Positions 46,251-57,907 of a stretch of DNA of 64,000 bases are shown piece after piece (position 1 is the stretch's first letter; each line of letters opens with the position of its first letter). Origin of the DNA: Fistulifera solaris (Eukaryota); the NCBI GenBank assembly GCA_030295235.1, contig AP026162.1:2046001-2110000 (forward strand). Reading direction: 5' to 3'. The notes under the pieces are model-generated. The model made no database searches and had not been told where the DNA came from. It worked only from the letters and a program-made list of their open reading frames with translations. Made by a program: the position numbers and the translations under genes.

Positions 46251-48658
46251 ATGGTAAGTTAATTCTGCATTGTTGTTTTGTAGATTGTTGCGGGAGCGGC
46301 AACGACAGCGATCGAGGTGCTTTGGGCTGGAGGCGAAGTTATCTCGTCGACCGGCGGTGATGCGAACGCTTGTAATGCTCATTCGCTTCTCGTGGCAAAT
46401 TGATCTCACTCAATTGTTTCTCTTTCTCTTTTAAAACAGTCTGCCGAAGCTGAAAGCTATGCCTTCTCGGCTGATATCAATCAGCTTCTTTCGTTGAGTA
46501 AGTATCAAATACAACGACCCGCTTTGGGTGGTCGTCGCACGAATGACTGCAATCTTTCTTTCACGTCGGATCTTTCTCACATGTTTCACTCTTTTTTACA
46601 GTCATTAACACGTTCTACTCGAACAAGGAGATTTTCTTGCGTGAGTTGATTTCCAACGCGAGTGATGCCTTGGATAAGATCCGCTACCAGTCCTTGACCG
46701 ACAGCTCCGTCTTGGACGCCGAGCCCGAACTTCAAATCAAGTTGATCCCCGACAAGGCCAACAATACCTTGACGATCGAAGATACCGGTATCGGTATGAC
46801 CAAAGCCGATCTCGTCAACAACCTCGGTACCATTGCCAAATCCGGCACCAAAGCTTTCATGGAGGCCCTTTCGGCCGGTGCGGATATCTCCATGATTGGT
46901 CAGTTTGGTGTCGGTTTCTACTCGGCGTACTTGGTCGCCGACCGCGTTGAAGTCGTCTCCAAAAACAACGATGATGAATGCTACATTTGGAGCTCCGAAG
47001 CCGGTGGATCGTTCACGGTCACCAAGTGCGAAGATTCCGGCATTGGACGTGGGACGCGTCTCATCTTGCACATGAAGGAGGACATGTCGGAGTATTTGGA
47101 GGAGAAACGCATCACGGATTTGGTCAAGAAGCACTCCGAATTCATCGGTTTCCCAATCAAGCTTTACACGGAAAAGACTGAGGAGAAGGAAGTCACCGAC
47201 GACGAGGATGAGGGAGGAAGAAGGCGACGACGACAAGCCAAAGGTCGAAGAAGTCGACGACGAAGAGGATGCCAAGAAAGAGAAGAAGACCAAGAAGATC
47301 AAGGAGGTGACGCACGACTGGAAGCACTTGAACAACATGAAGCCCATCTGGATGCGCAAGCCGGACGATGTCACGCATGACGAGTACGTTTCCTTTACAA
47401 ATCCATTTCCAACGACTGGGAGGAACACGCTGCTGTCAAGCACTTCTCCGTCGAGGGTCAGCTCGAGTTCAAAGCCATTTTGTTTGCTCCTAAGCGTGCT
47501 CCGTTTGACATGTTCGAGGGTGGAGCCAAGAAGAAGTGGAATCACATCAAGCTTTACGTCCGACGTGTGTTCATCATGGACAACTGCGAGGAGCTCATGC
47601 CCGAATGGTTGCAGTTTGTCAAGGGTGTAGTAGATTCCGAGGATCTTCCTCTCAACATCTCTCGTGAGACGCTTCAGCAGAACAAGATCCTTCGTGTCAT
47701 CAAGAAGAACTTGGTCAAGAAGTGCATTGAGATGTTTACCGATTTGACCGAGAATGAGGACTCGTACAAGAAGTTCTACGAAGCCTTTAGCAAGAACTTG
47801 AAACTCGGTATTCATGAAGATTCGACCAACCGTGCCAAGATTGCTAAGCTTCTCCGATACTACTCTACCAAGAGTGGCGACGAGATGACGTCTCTTGACG
47901 ATTACGTCAGCCGCATGGACGATAAGCAACCTGGCATTTATTACATTACGGGTGAATCGAAGCGCGCCGTCGAGACTTCTCCTTTCTTGGAGCGACTGAA
48001 GAAGAAGGGATACGAAGTTATTTTCATGACTGACCCCATCGATGAGTACGCTGTTCAGCAGCTCAAGGAGTACGAAGGAAAGAAGTTGCTCAGCGCGACC
48101 AAGGAGGGTCTCGAAATTGCTGATGACGAGGATGAGAAGAAGGCTTTCGAGGAAGCCAAGGCTAAGTGTGAGGGATTGTGCAAGCTCATGAAGGAAGTTC
48201 TCGATGACAAGGTTGAAAAGGTTGTCATCTCCTCGCGTCTCGCTGATTCTCCTTGCGTTCTCGTCACCGGCGAGTACGGATGGTCTGCCAACATGGAACG
48301 TATCATGAAGGCGCAGGCGCTTCGTGACGCTTCTCAGTCGGCTTACATGACTTCCAAGAAGACGATGGAAATCAACCCCCAGAACGCCATTATTGTTGCT
48401 CTTCGCGACAAGGCCGAAGCCGACCAAAGCGACAAGACGGTCAAGGATTTGATTTGGTTGTTGTACGACACCTCTTTGCTCACCAGTGGTTTCTCGTTGG
48501 ACGAACCGTCTACTTTTGCCTCTCGCATCCACCGTCTTGTCAAGTTGGGTCTTTCGATCGACGATGCTGATGACGACGATGATGCCGAATTGGACGACAT
48601 GCCGGCTGCTGTAGAAGACGATGACAACGATGAGTCCGCCATGGAACAGGTCGATTAA
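46251..48658 (+). CDS. HSP90: Cytosolic HSP90
   Basis: ATG-only exon 1; introns 46254-46437/9 and 46498-46601; [34 protein letters not shown]-terminal MEQVD; two frameshifts near 47210 and 47395. Confidence 0.97.
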
Positions 48659-49497
48659 GGAGATATCGATTGTAGATAGAAAACATTGCAGGTTTAGCTA
48701 GGTCATATTACTTCTTTGCATGTCTTTGTGCTGTAATTCTTTTTTTCTTTCATACAAAGTACCAGGGAGGGTGCTTCGCTGTAGAATGTGAATTGAACGA
48801 TGCGAGTGCGTTTGGCAGCTTTTGCTTTTTTCGCTTTGATTGAGATGAATCAATCAAGGCGTGAAGCCATCGCGCGTGGCGTCTGTATTTGTGGTGCGTC
48901 GGGCCCGGGTGCATGTAGTCGGCTCCGGAGTTTAGCCTCTGCGGCTTCGTTCTCGCCCTTTCCGCAAACAGGGTCTCGTTCCCCGGGGACTAATCGAAAT
49001 AAGAGTCTAAGCTTGACCAAGTACCTTCCATGCGCTCTCTGCGCCACCAAAAAACTTAAAAATCATCGCCGTTCCAGTAAATAAAGCTACGAGATTTTGG
49101 ACGCCAAAGCATACAAGGTTGTACTTCTGAAAATTTGAGAAGGATATGTCATCTTAAGTAACCTTGCTCTAGCTGGAGGCATGCCGAATGATTAAGGTGC
49201 GCCTATAATCGTGTTTGTGGGTGTCGTCGATAACTGTCTCCCTATATAGCAAAGTAAATTGCATAGGCTTCACAGTACAATCCCAAACACGTTTGATGCT
49301 TAACGTCATCGGATTACAACGGATCCTACTTAAGCAATAAATTGGCACGATTCGTTAAGTATCCTTACGTAATCGGTTTGCGTTTTCGGAGCATTGTTTG
49401 TTGATAATAATTAGCCGCGTCGCAGCCACAAGTTTGGCTTGTGCGTCTTCCTTCGATTTGCGATACGTTTCATAATTAATAACTAAATATCAACCAA

Positions 49498-50547
49498 ATG
49501 AGGCGCTCTTGCACCGTACTTATTTCCACCGTTGTCTTCACGTTGCTCCTCGCAGTCAGCGGCGTGCTACTTTGGCAATACCTTCCTGAAGAGTCTCGAG
49601 CCAAAGTCGCCAGTACCTTCATCGATACAGAAGAGCCAGACTATCAATTTTCTCAATGCCTCCCGACAGACGCGAATTGCTGCAATGGGCTTAATAACAC
49701 CTGTGATTTGAGATTAGATGAGGTTCTGTTCGCTGGTTTACACAATGCGATGGCCGCGCGAGAAAATGGTTTCTTATTGGGAGCGAATCATGATCTTAGT
49801 ATGGAGAAAGCTCTAAAATACGGTTATCGGGCGATCAATGTCGATTTTGGACTGTGCAGCGGTGTTCCTCAGCTCTATCATGGTTCCTGTGAACTTGGAA
49901 CGAGAAACCCTGTCGACCTACTCTCCCATATCGTCAAGTTCGTCGGCGAAAATCCTACCGAGACCATTATCATCACTGTCCAGTTCACAAAGGATTCGGG
50001 CGAGACTGATCCGGCAAACATAGCTACGTTAGATGATTTGGTGGCGGTTGTAAATGCTGTAGACGGACTAGTGGAAAAGTTGTATGCACATCCGGACCTC
50101 TCAGAGCCCTGGCCAACTCTCCGCGAACTACAGACCCTTGGAAAACAGATCATTCTCTTCCACTACAACGTCGATATTTGCTATGAAAGCGGCTGTCCTT
50201 ATGGCTTTCATGATTATTTTGTTTACGCAGAAGAGACCGAATTCGAACTTGTAACCCTGCTGGAAGTAGAAGATACGACAAGATCCTGCAATGTGACACG
50301 AGGCAGCAATGTAGCCACTTTCTTTGGAATCAACTTGTTTTTGACGTTACCTTCTCGGGATGTGGCGGCCGAAGTCAATAGCCTACCATTCTTGCAAAGC
50401 CATGTGAGCGATTGCGAACAGCGAAATGAAGGCAACTTGGCCAACATCGTATGGGTCGACTTTTGGACTCAGGGAGAACTTCCGGTCTTCGTCCAAAGAC
50501 GAAATCACAATCGCGGTGTGCATAGCCAACAACGGCACGAAAGATGA
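49498..50547 (+). CDS. PI-PLC X-domain-like (PLC-like phosphodiesterase) protein with N-terminal anchor
   Basis: CNG...CDLRLDEVLFAGLHNA, ALKYGYRAINVD, LYHG, WPTLREL, NIVWVDFW. Confidence 0.85.
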   Translation: MRRSCTVLISTVVFTLLLAVSGVLLWQYLPEESRAKVASTFIDTEEPDYQFSQCLPTDANCCNGLNNTCDLRLDEVLFAGLHNAMAARENGFLLGANHDLSMEKALKYGYRAINVDFGLCSGVPQLYHGSCELGTRNPVDLLSHIVKFVGENPTETIIITVQFTKDSGETDPANIATLDDLVAVVNAVDGLVEKLYAHPDLSEPWPTLRELQTLGKQIILFHYNVDICYESGCPYGFHDYFVYAEETEFELVTLLEVEDTTRSCNVTRGSNVATFFGINLFLTLPSRDVAAEVNSLPFLQSHVSDCEQRNEGNLANIVWVDFWTQGELPVFVQRRNHNRGVHSQQRHER

Positions 50548-50626
50548 TTTTAATATGCTAAAAAAGACTTAGTATTTATAATAAAACGTTTAATACAAAC
50601 AACGTGCTTGGCTGACACCAATTCAA

Positions 50627-52647
50627 TTACTGATTCGAAAGCTCAGGGACTTTCACACGGGCTACATTCGTAACTTTCTCTGACCAGTAATCTCCAACTT
50701 CCTTCATCTTTGATTGCCAGTAGTTTTCGTTTTCCATCATCAGCTTAGCAGATCGGTCTATTTCATCTTGAAGAGCTTTGACTTGACAAGCACTCTCTAC
50801 TTGGTACTCCAACTGTAGAGCTTCTAATTCAGCGCACTGTCGCTGAAAGGCAGCAATTTGCTCTTCAAGAGCAATAGGATCGCGTCGAGAGGCAACTTTA
50901 CTTTCCATCGCATCCACCTCACGTTGTCGTACCGCTAACTTTGCTTTGTGTGTTTCCTCTTCATCTTCCATCGTTTTCTCGCATTTTGCTGTCTTTTCTT
51001 TCACAATGTGAAGCTGAGCGTCAGCGGCCTTGCACTCGTCATGACTTCGCTGAACCTTATCGAGCATATCTTGATACTTTTCCTTGGTCTCGTCAATTTT
51101 AGCATTGATGGATGCAATGATATCGTCCAGTTTGGGCGCGACTTCATCTTTGAATGCCACCCCAGTAATCACTGAGTCATTTTTCGCCAGTAGCTTGTCT
51201 TTCTTCAAGACAGCCTTTAGATTGACAAGCGCGGGCCCATGGGTGGGAACGAACTGTAGATCCGAAAGTTTGGAGTTGTAGTCCACAATGGCAGCATCCA
51301 GAGCATTGCACACTTCATCAAGGTCACTCTGACTGGCTGTCAGTGCTTCCTTGCGTTTATCACGAAGAGCACACGATCTATCCATGGCTTCGTTCAAACC
51401 TTTCAGCTCATTCTCCAGAGCTCGCAGATCGTCAACCGACATTTTCTGATTCGAGATCTCGTCTTTCAACGATCGAATGTGCCCGTTCATCTTCTCCAAT
51501 TGCTCATTCGTCTTCTCCAACTCGGCCGTCCGTTCCTTGATTTTCTGCTCAAGGTTACACTTGTGCTCATCCATTTGACGAACCAAGTCATGATACTGCT
51601 CAAGTTCCGTTGCGTATTCCTCTCTTTTTTGTGTGTAAGATGAAAGACTGAACAAAGGATGCAGTGTTAGAGATGTCGGCAGTCATATCATACTAAATCT
51701 TGGAACATCTGTCGAACTTACTCTTGCGAATCGTTCGTGAGATCCGCGATGCGCTCCACAATGGTCGCATTCAATTCGGTGACACGTTCGACTTCCTGTA
51801 TAAGAAACTGGTTGTCACGATCAATGCCTTCTGCCAACTGGAATTCGAGTTCCTCTCTGAGTTTCGCATCTCCATTCATGTAGGCCTCGTATCCGTGAAA
51901 CAAGTACTCGAAGAACATCTTGGATGCTTTCGCATCGAGATCCTCATAGCTTTCGAAAGGCTTATCTTCCACGTTCTCTTTGTCGGCAAGTTTGCACTGA
52001 ATGTGTTCGACCAACCAAGCCAAAGCCGCGAGTAATGCAGGCCAAGTGTGCGGAGAACCCGCAGCGACGAGTGCAGTCTTGGACACGTTGAAGGGATATC
52101 CGAGACACTTGAAACTAAGAAAGACTTCGTCCTCAAATTTGAGTTCGCCTTTCTGAAAGTTCGGATCAATGAGACGCAACATGAACGTGCAAATGTTTCT
52201 AAAGTCCTTGGCCGAGGGGCGAGTCAATGTTTTCGTCGAGACCGGACTATCGTATCGAAAGTCGAGAAGGAAGGTGAGCAAGTCCTTGATGCACTTTTGC
52301 TGAAACGCCTTTTCTGTAATAGGACGAGTGTCTACTTTGGCGGCTGCCGCAGGAGGAGGGATGAGAGAAGGTCGGCCTCCGATACTCGCTCGGCCCCCCA
52401 TGCTTTTGCGACGACTCGAAGCGGTCGTGGCGGTAACTCCAGGACTGGGCGGCACCATGTTCTCACGTCCGTCAATTCGAGGGAGCATCGACTTGCGAGA
52501 GCGAGGAGGTTTGGGGATTTTGTTTGCACTGGGCGAGGGTTGAGCAGCAGGGCCGCCCACCGACATTCTTCTGCGTTGATTGGCTGACCCCGTCGGAATG
52601 GGCCCCAGCGTCATGCGGCGGTTCGGCGTCTGAAACGATGAAGGCAT
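50627..52647 (-). CDS. NDC80: Kinetochore protein Ndc80/HEC1
   Basis: DTRPITEKAFQ, RPSAKDF, LGYPFNVSKTALVAAGSPHTWPALLAALAWLV + long coiled coil; intron 51648-51721. Confidence 0.93.
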
Positions 52648-52913
52648 GGCTGGATAGTTCGATATGTACTTTAGTTCAGTGCAACTGTTGAGAACGAACA
52701 CAAAGATTGTCGAAATGCTTTTGCAAAACTCTGTTTTTGTCACGCAAATTTTGTGAAGCAATCGCGGTGTTACGAAGGAGCGGTCGGCGCGCAGATACTT
52801 AGCGTAGAATTTCGTATACATAATATTCACATGCATAAAAGTATTGTTTATACATAGGTGCGCGCAGAGATGACGTGCGCGACAATGACGTCATAAGATT
52901 TTCGCACATGGTG

Positions 52914-52922
52914 GGCGCGAAA
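52914..52922 (-). promoter_or_regulatory. Candidate E2F site TTTCGCGCC upstream of NDC80
   Basis: GGCGCGAAA on + matches the TTTSSCGC consensus on -, ~270 bp before the NDC80 ATG. Confidence 0.35.
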
Positions 52923-53051
52923 ATGAAAGTCGAGATCGGCGCCACCGCGCAAGATTCACTCTCGTCCCCTCCATCCAACCAAAATCAGAATGCAATCATA
53001 CGGTAATATTACGAAGCCATAACTATCAACATCTTTTAACAAGCCAACACC

Positions 53052-53801
53052 ATGAGCAAGTTCATTGCATCGACGCTTCTCCGTTCACGTCTGTCGCAAC
53101 AGTTGACGTCGAAGAGCGCTATCCTTCCTCATCTGATGATGAGAAGCGCTCCTCGCACTGCCACTTTGTTGCCAAAGATGTCAACGCGGGCCATGTCCGG
53201 AGAAGCCCGTCAGACCCTTGTGGATATTTTGGGACGGGAGCACGCCGAAGAGATTGAGAATGAAAGTACCACCATGCCGGAGGACTTGGGCTCTTTGAAA
53301 AAGACGCTCGAGAACGATTGGAAAATTGTCGATGACGGTGCCATGACCAAACTCTACCGCACCATCGGCTCTTCGAAAGTACAAGTTACTTTCCACTGTC
53401 AAGATGCAGTCGAAATGGATGACGAAGAAGATTTCGATGAGGAGGCTCTGGAAGCCGCGGCTCCGGTACGATTCACCGTGACTGTCACGAAAGCTGGAAA
53501 GACTCTAGCCATGACTTGTATCACCACCGAAGATCTTTCCGTGTCAATTCAGAACATTGTCAACACTTCCGATCAGCAGGCAGAAACTATGCTCCGTGAA
53601 AATGTGATTCCATCCGATGTTTATCAAGGACCCGAGTTTGTGGAGCTTGCGGAAGATCTACAGGATGCATTCCACAACTATTTGATCGAAGACGTGGGTA
53701 TCGGATCAGACTTTGTTTCTTTCGTTTCGATGTATTGCGACTTTAAGGAGCAGACTGAGTATGTCAACTTTTTGGAGGACACGAAAGCAATCTTGAGTTA
53801 A
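53052..53801 (+). CDS. Mitochondrial acidic matrix glycoprotein (MAM33/C1QBP family)
   Basis: R/S-rich presequence; YQGPEFVELAEDLQDAFHNYL..GI; KEQTEYVNFLE. Confidence 0.9.
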   Translation: MSKFIASTLLRSRLSQQLTSKSAILPHLMMRSAPRTATLLPKMSTRAMSGEARQTLVDILGREHAEEIENESTTMPEDLGSLKKTLENDWKIVDDGAMTKLYRTIGSSKVQVTFHCQDAVEMDDEEDFDEEALEAAAPVRFTVTVTKAGKTLAMTCITTEDLSVSIQNIVNTSDQQAETMLRENVIPSDVYQGPEFVELAEDLQDAFHNYLIEDVGIGSDFVSFVSMYCDFKEQTEYVNFLEDTKAILS

Positions 53802-54111
53802 TTCCAAAGAATGTATTTCAAATGAAATTAGGTTAGACGATAAAGCTGATAGTTATACAGTAGAAAAATAAGTGATAATATCACAATAGTCCCTAGAATT
53901 CTTAGCAGCAAATAGATGAGCACTTAGTTGAAACACGAACACGAACTAAAGAATACGGACTAGAACATACATACCCATGACTGAAATTCCGGTCACGAGA
54001 AAAGGTAATATACACTTTTACTTATAGTAGCGTTTCCACGCTAAATATAAGCAAATAATAACAAAAAATGAAACACGCTTATTGTCGAAGGATAACAATA
54101 AAAAGTGCACC

Positions 54112-55188
54112 ATGAGAATCCACCAACAGATCTTGTCAACCGTGCGGCTCTGCATTATCCTTTCTAGTCTGTTTGATCATTCCTTATCTTTTACTGCAGC
54201 CGGTCGTCCGGCGCGAAGGCCAATGAGTGCTTTCAATGATGATCTCGCATCGACAACGTCACTCGATTCGTTGCGCGAGGAAGTTCTCGATCATATTCTA
54301 GAAGTTGCCATTGAAGCTTCCACTAAAGCGGGTGCTATCATTTTAGGCAATGCGGGAGGTGCGGAAATCACGGAACGAAAAGCAAACAGTCGGGATCTTT
54401 TGACATTGATTGATCCTCTTTGTGAGAAGGTATGTTGACCGTTTCTCATGTAATTCTTTTCTTTGACGAACTAATACAACAATTCATTTGACAACAACAC
54501 AAAACAGACAATCCGTGAGACAATTTTGGAATCATTTCCTCACCACAGCTTTTTGGGCGAAGAAGATGTACCCCCCGGGCCCGAGGCCAGTGCCGCTGCT
54601 TTGGACGCTCGATTGGCAGACGATGCGAATTGGTTGTGGATTGTCGATCCCATTGATGGGACTACGAATTTCGCGCACGGTATGCCGCTTTGCATGCCGT
54701 CGGTGGCGGCTACCTATAAGGGAGAAGTTATAGTGGGGGTCATTTACGATTGTCATCGCGACGAAATGTTCACCGCCGTGAAAGGACGCGGTGCGTACAT
54801 GAACAACGAACGCATTTACGTGGGAAAACAATCCACTGTGGGAGACGCTATTGTTGCCATGGGATCACCACCCGGTGAAACGAGTATGGAAATGAGTCTG
54901 AAAGGAGTGAACGCCCTCATGCCGAAAGTGCGAACGATTCGCATGTTGGGAAGTGCCGCCATCATGCTCGCATGGGTGGCGAATGGTCGACTCACGTGCT
55001 ATTGGGAGTATGATCTCAGTTCATGGGATATTGCTGCCGGTGCTTTGCTGGTCGCGGAAGCTGGAGGTAAATTTACCGATCTTGCTGGCAATGAATTCTC
55101 GCTGCGCAATCGGAAAATCTGCGCGAGCAATGGACTGGTCCATGACGATATACTGAAGATACTCCGAGACGATGCGGGCATTGTATAA
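54112..55188 (+). CDS. Inositol monophosphatase family (IMPL-like), probably plastid-targeted
   Basis: [37 protein letters not shown]; signal peptide + SLS-F; intron 54430-54507. Confidence 0.92.
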
Positions 55189-55238
55189 AATATTATAGTC
55201 GAAAAAGTGCATAGGATTGAGTGATGTTATTTTTAAAG

Positions 55239-56293
55239 TCATTCATCGTCCACTAGCACACTTTCTTCTTCCTCGACATCCTCATCGCCATCCACCTCGT
55301 CGACGACACTTTTTTTCCTCGGTGGCGGACTCATCATCTTCCTCTTCGACTTCTTCTTGAGAGTCAGTTTCCTCCTCTTCTTCAGTTTCATCTTCTACAA
55401 AAACCTCTACTTCTTCCTCTGTGTCCGTGACTGAGATCGTCTCTGTTGCCGGAACTTGACATTCCTGCATTCGAGTCAATGGAGATGGTGTTTTAAAGGG
55501 CCGTTCGAGATTCCGCCCTAAACCGTAGACCTGAAATAAGGGACTGTAAATGAGATTGCTAAGTCCAAGAATGGACTGAATGATCAAAGGCTGAACCTGC
55601 CCCATTTTGAAATGCAATATCCACATGAAGAGCATATTGAAAATCATTCCACTTTGCATGGATCGAATTTGCTTTAAATCGTATTCGAGTACCGTCGATT
55701 TGGACGACAGAAACGAGGAAGCCAACGACTTCATCATGGCGTTGCCTCCCGTTTCGTCTCCCAATTGCGACTGCAAGACTGACGTCAAAGGGCTCTTCAG
55801 TTCGATCGGGGTTCGATCGTTCTGTGAAACTGCTTGAATCCGTGCGTATAAGAGAAACAGCTGGTAGATAACCAAAAACGCCACAAAAGCAAATCGAGTC
55901 AATTTGACCACTGTCGGACTGAACAAATCCACTTTCCGTGCCAGTAACATGACTCCGATACTCGCGTAAAAGTTTAACATAGGAGATGGAACCAATGGTT
56001 CGTCATATTTCTCTACATTCATTTCGATTCGTACGCCGCTGTCGACGATATCCTCGTCTTCTTCTTCATCTTCCGTTTCATATTCTTCTTCCTCCTCCTC
56101 TGTCGAAGAACCTCCACGGATATCCATTATCCGTCTGGCAACAGTTTGTTGTTGTCCCCAAGGTTTTGATGACACGACAAAGGGAGTGTCGCGGAGGAGA
56201 AATCGCATTCGTCGTCGTCGATGCCCAGAAAAGCGTCAATGCGAGTAGTGCAAGACATTTCCCCCAAGGAAAATGGTTCCGTAATGCAGCCAT
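55239..56293 (-). CDS. PHO88/SND3-family membrane protein with signal + RGG/acidic N-terminal extension
   Basis: TVLEYDLKQI, MWILHFKMGQVQPLIIQS, SPLFQVY, LERPFK; frameshifts near both ends. Confidence 0.8.
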
Positions 56294-56440
56294 TCTCCTC
56301 TTTGAAGTTATAAAGAGAAGGATTCTATGAGGGACGATTTGAATAGCAAGTGATGCTTGATCGACGCCACGAAATCTTTGGAAAGCCGCAGCCAGAGGAC
56401 GAAAACGCAACATTTTTCCTTACCAGGTACCAGGAAACGG

Positions 56441-56505
56441 CGTTAAAATTCTGCCTCGCCGTAGGCTCTACGTAGAAATTTGTACTGAGAGGCAGAATTT
56501 TAACG
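56441..56505. repeat. 17-bp perfect inverted repeat (hairpin), imperfectly extendable to ~56427-56518
   Basis: CGTTAAAATTCTGCCTC (56441-56457) ... GAGGCAGAATTTTAACG (56489-56505). Confidence 0.85.
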
Positions 56506-56523
56506 TCCTTTCCAGTACTTGTA

Positions 56524-56852
56524 CAATCCCCCTTGCAGAATTTTACGGAATTTACTTAACAAAGCGACAAAAAATAACATGGATTATGTCTACTTATCGA
56601 CAACCATTTTTGACTGTGGTCCAATGTGTTAAGTTACAACCATAATGGATTCTTGACAATGATCGTTAAATTAAGGTTTATTCCTTAAAAGCTGATTAAC
56701 CTTAATGTTTTTGGACATGTCACCTGACGTTTATGGTTTTCAAGCTACACATTTGACCAGAGTACAGAAATGGTTTCGGAAGACTAACTAGAATCCATGT
56801 AATTTTGTTTCGTTCAGTTAAATAAAATCCGTGAGTTTCTGCAAGGGGATTG
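56524..56852. mobile_element. MITE with ~36-bp imperfect TIRs and TA flanks (Tc1/mariner-type signature)
   Basis: Left TA|CAATCCCCCTTGCAGAATTTTACGGAATTTACTTAAC; right GTTAAATAAAATCCGTGAGTTTCTGCAAGGGGATTG|TA; AT-rich non-coding interior. Confidence 0.8.
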
Positions 56853-56869
56853 TAAATTGTAACATAGGA

Positions 56870-56902
56870 CATAGGAGTAAGTAGTTTCTACTTACTCCTA
56901 TG
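56870..56902. repeat. Perfect 15-bp inverted repeat with 3-nt loop
   Basis: CATAGGAGTAAGTAG-TTT-CTACTTACTCCTATG. Confidence 0.9.
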
Positions 56903-57003
56903 ATTGTAAGGAAAAAGTTGAGAAAAATGAATGCGCGCAACACCTCATCCATCACCCTGCGTTTGTTGATGTTTCATTCCTTTTCTTATTCTACAAAAAC
57001 ATC

Positions 57004-57842
57004 ATGCCTTTCACAAACAGTCTTCGACTCGTTTGTTTCTATCTCAGCTCCATCACAGTACACGGCTTAAGATCTTCTTTAGCTTCATCAAGTCATCTCA
57101 TTCGGAACATGTCAAGCAATAACAACGAAGCTTTCGGCGTCGGACAAATCGACATTGGTCAACACGACGACGACAACGAAAACAGTTGGGATCATGAGTC
57201 GCGAAAATCCTGGCGAGAATTGCTCGAAATATCCAACAACCGATCACGGAAAATTCGTGGATCGAATTATGTACAAATTGCGACGGTCGATCCCCAAACG
57301 AAAACACCCCGCTGTCGTTGTGTCGTCTTTCGCGGTTTTCAAGACATGCCCACCGATCATCCCTTTGCTTCCTTTGCCGGTCCATCCTCTTGTATTTTGC
57401 GCATGTGCACCGACAATCGATCTCAAAAGTCCAACAAGCCGTCCAGGAACCGACGGCCGAAGTGGTTTGGTGGTTTCCGAAAACGAGTGAACAATATCGA
57501 ATTCGGGGTGAACTACTCTTTGTGGGAGGAGAAGGAAAATTCCAATACGATGATGATGAGCACCTGAAAATGGCGAGAAAGCAATTGTGGGGGAATATGA
57601 GTGATACCGCTCGTGAAAGTTTCTTGGAAGACTCGGTGCCCGGACAAGCTTTCAGTCCGGCCCAACAGGCGGTGCCGGTCGGTGGTCGCGATGAGGATGG
57701 CAAGGTCGTCCCTCCTCCGAATCACTTCTTGCTCATGCTTCTGAAACCTTCCCATGTAGACTACTTGCGACTGACGAATCAATACCGACAAGTGGATGTA
57801 TACGACAATGGCCACTGGTCTTCGGAACGCGTGAATCCGTAG
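57004..57842 (+). CDS. Pyridoxamine 5'-phosphate oxidase-related FMN-binding protein
   Basis: YVQIATVD, PRCRCVVFRGF, TDNRSQK, EVVWWFPKTSEQYRIRG, VDYLRL, W...RVNP; one frameshift near 57428. Confidence 0.85.
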
Positions 57843-57907
57843 ACTTCATTCATCTAAAAAGTAAAGCTAAAGTTATTGATAAAGGCTCCTGTAGTCATTT
57901 TAATCCA

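Noticed and set aside
47200..47400. Programmed ribosomal frameshifting in HSP90 and other genes
   Set aside because: No common slippery or stop context, and shifts go in both directions; sequencing error is more parsimonious.
46586..48532. 648-aa antisense ORF opposite HSP90
   Set aside because: Expected shadow of strong codon bias in a highly expressed gene; no recognisable domain.
48850..49050. RNase P/MRP or SRP RNA
   Set aside because: Fragments resemble conserved regions (AGTCCCCGG, GGAAGGT, TGTAGTC), but the P4 pairing, motif order and SRP helix 8 could not be built.
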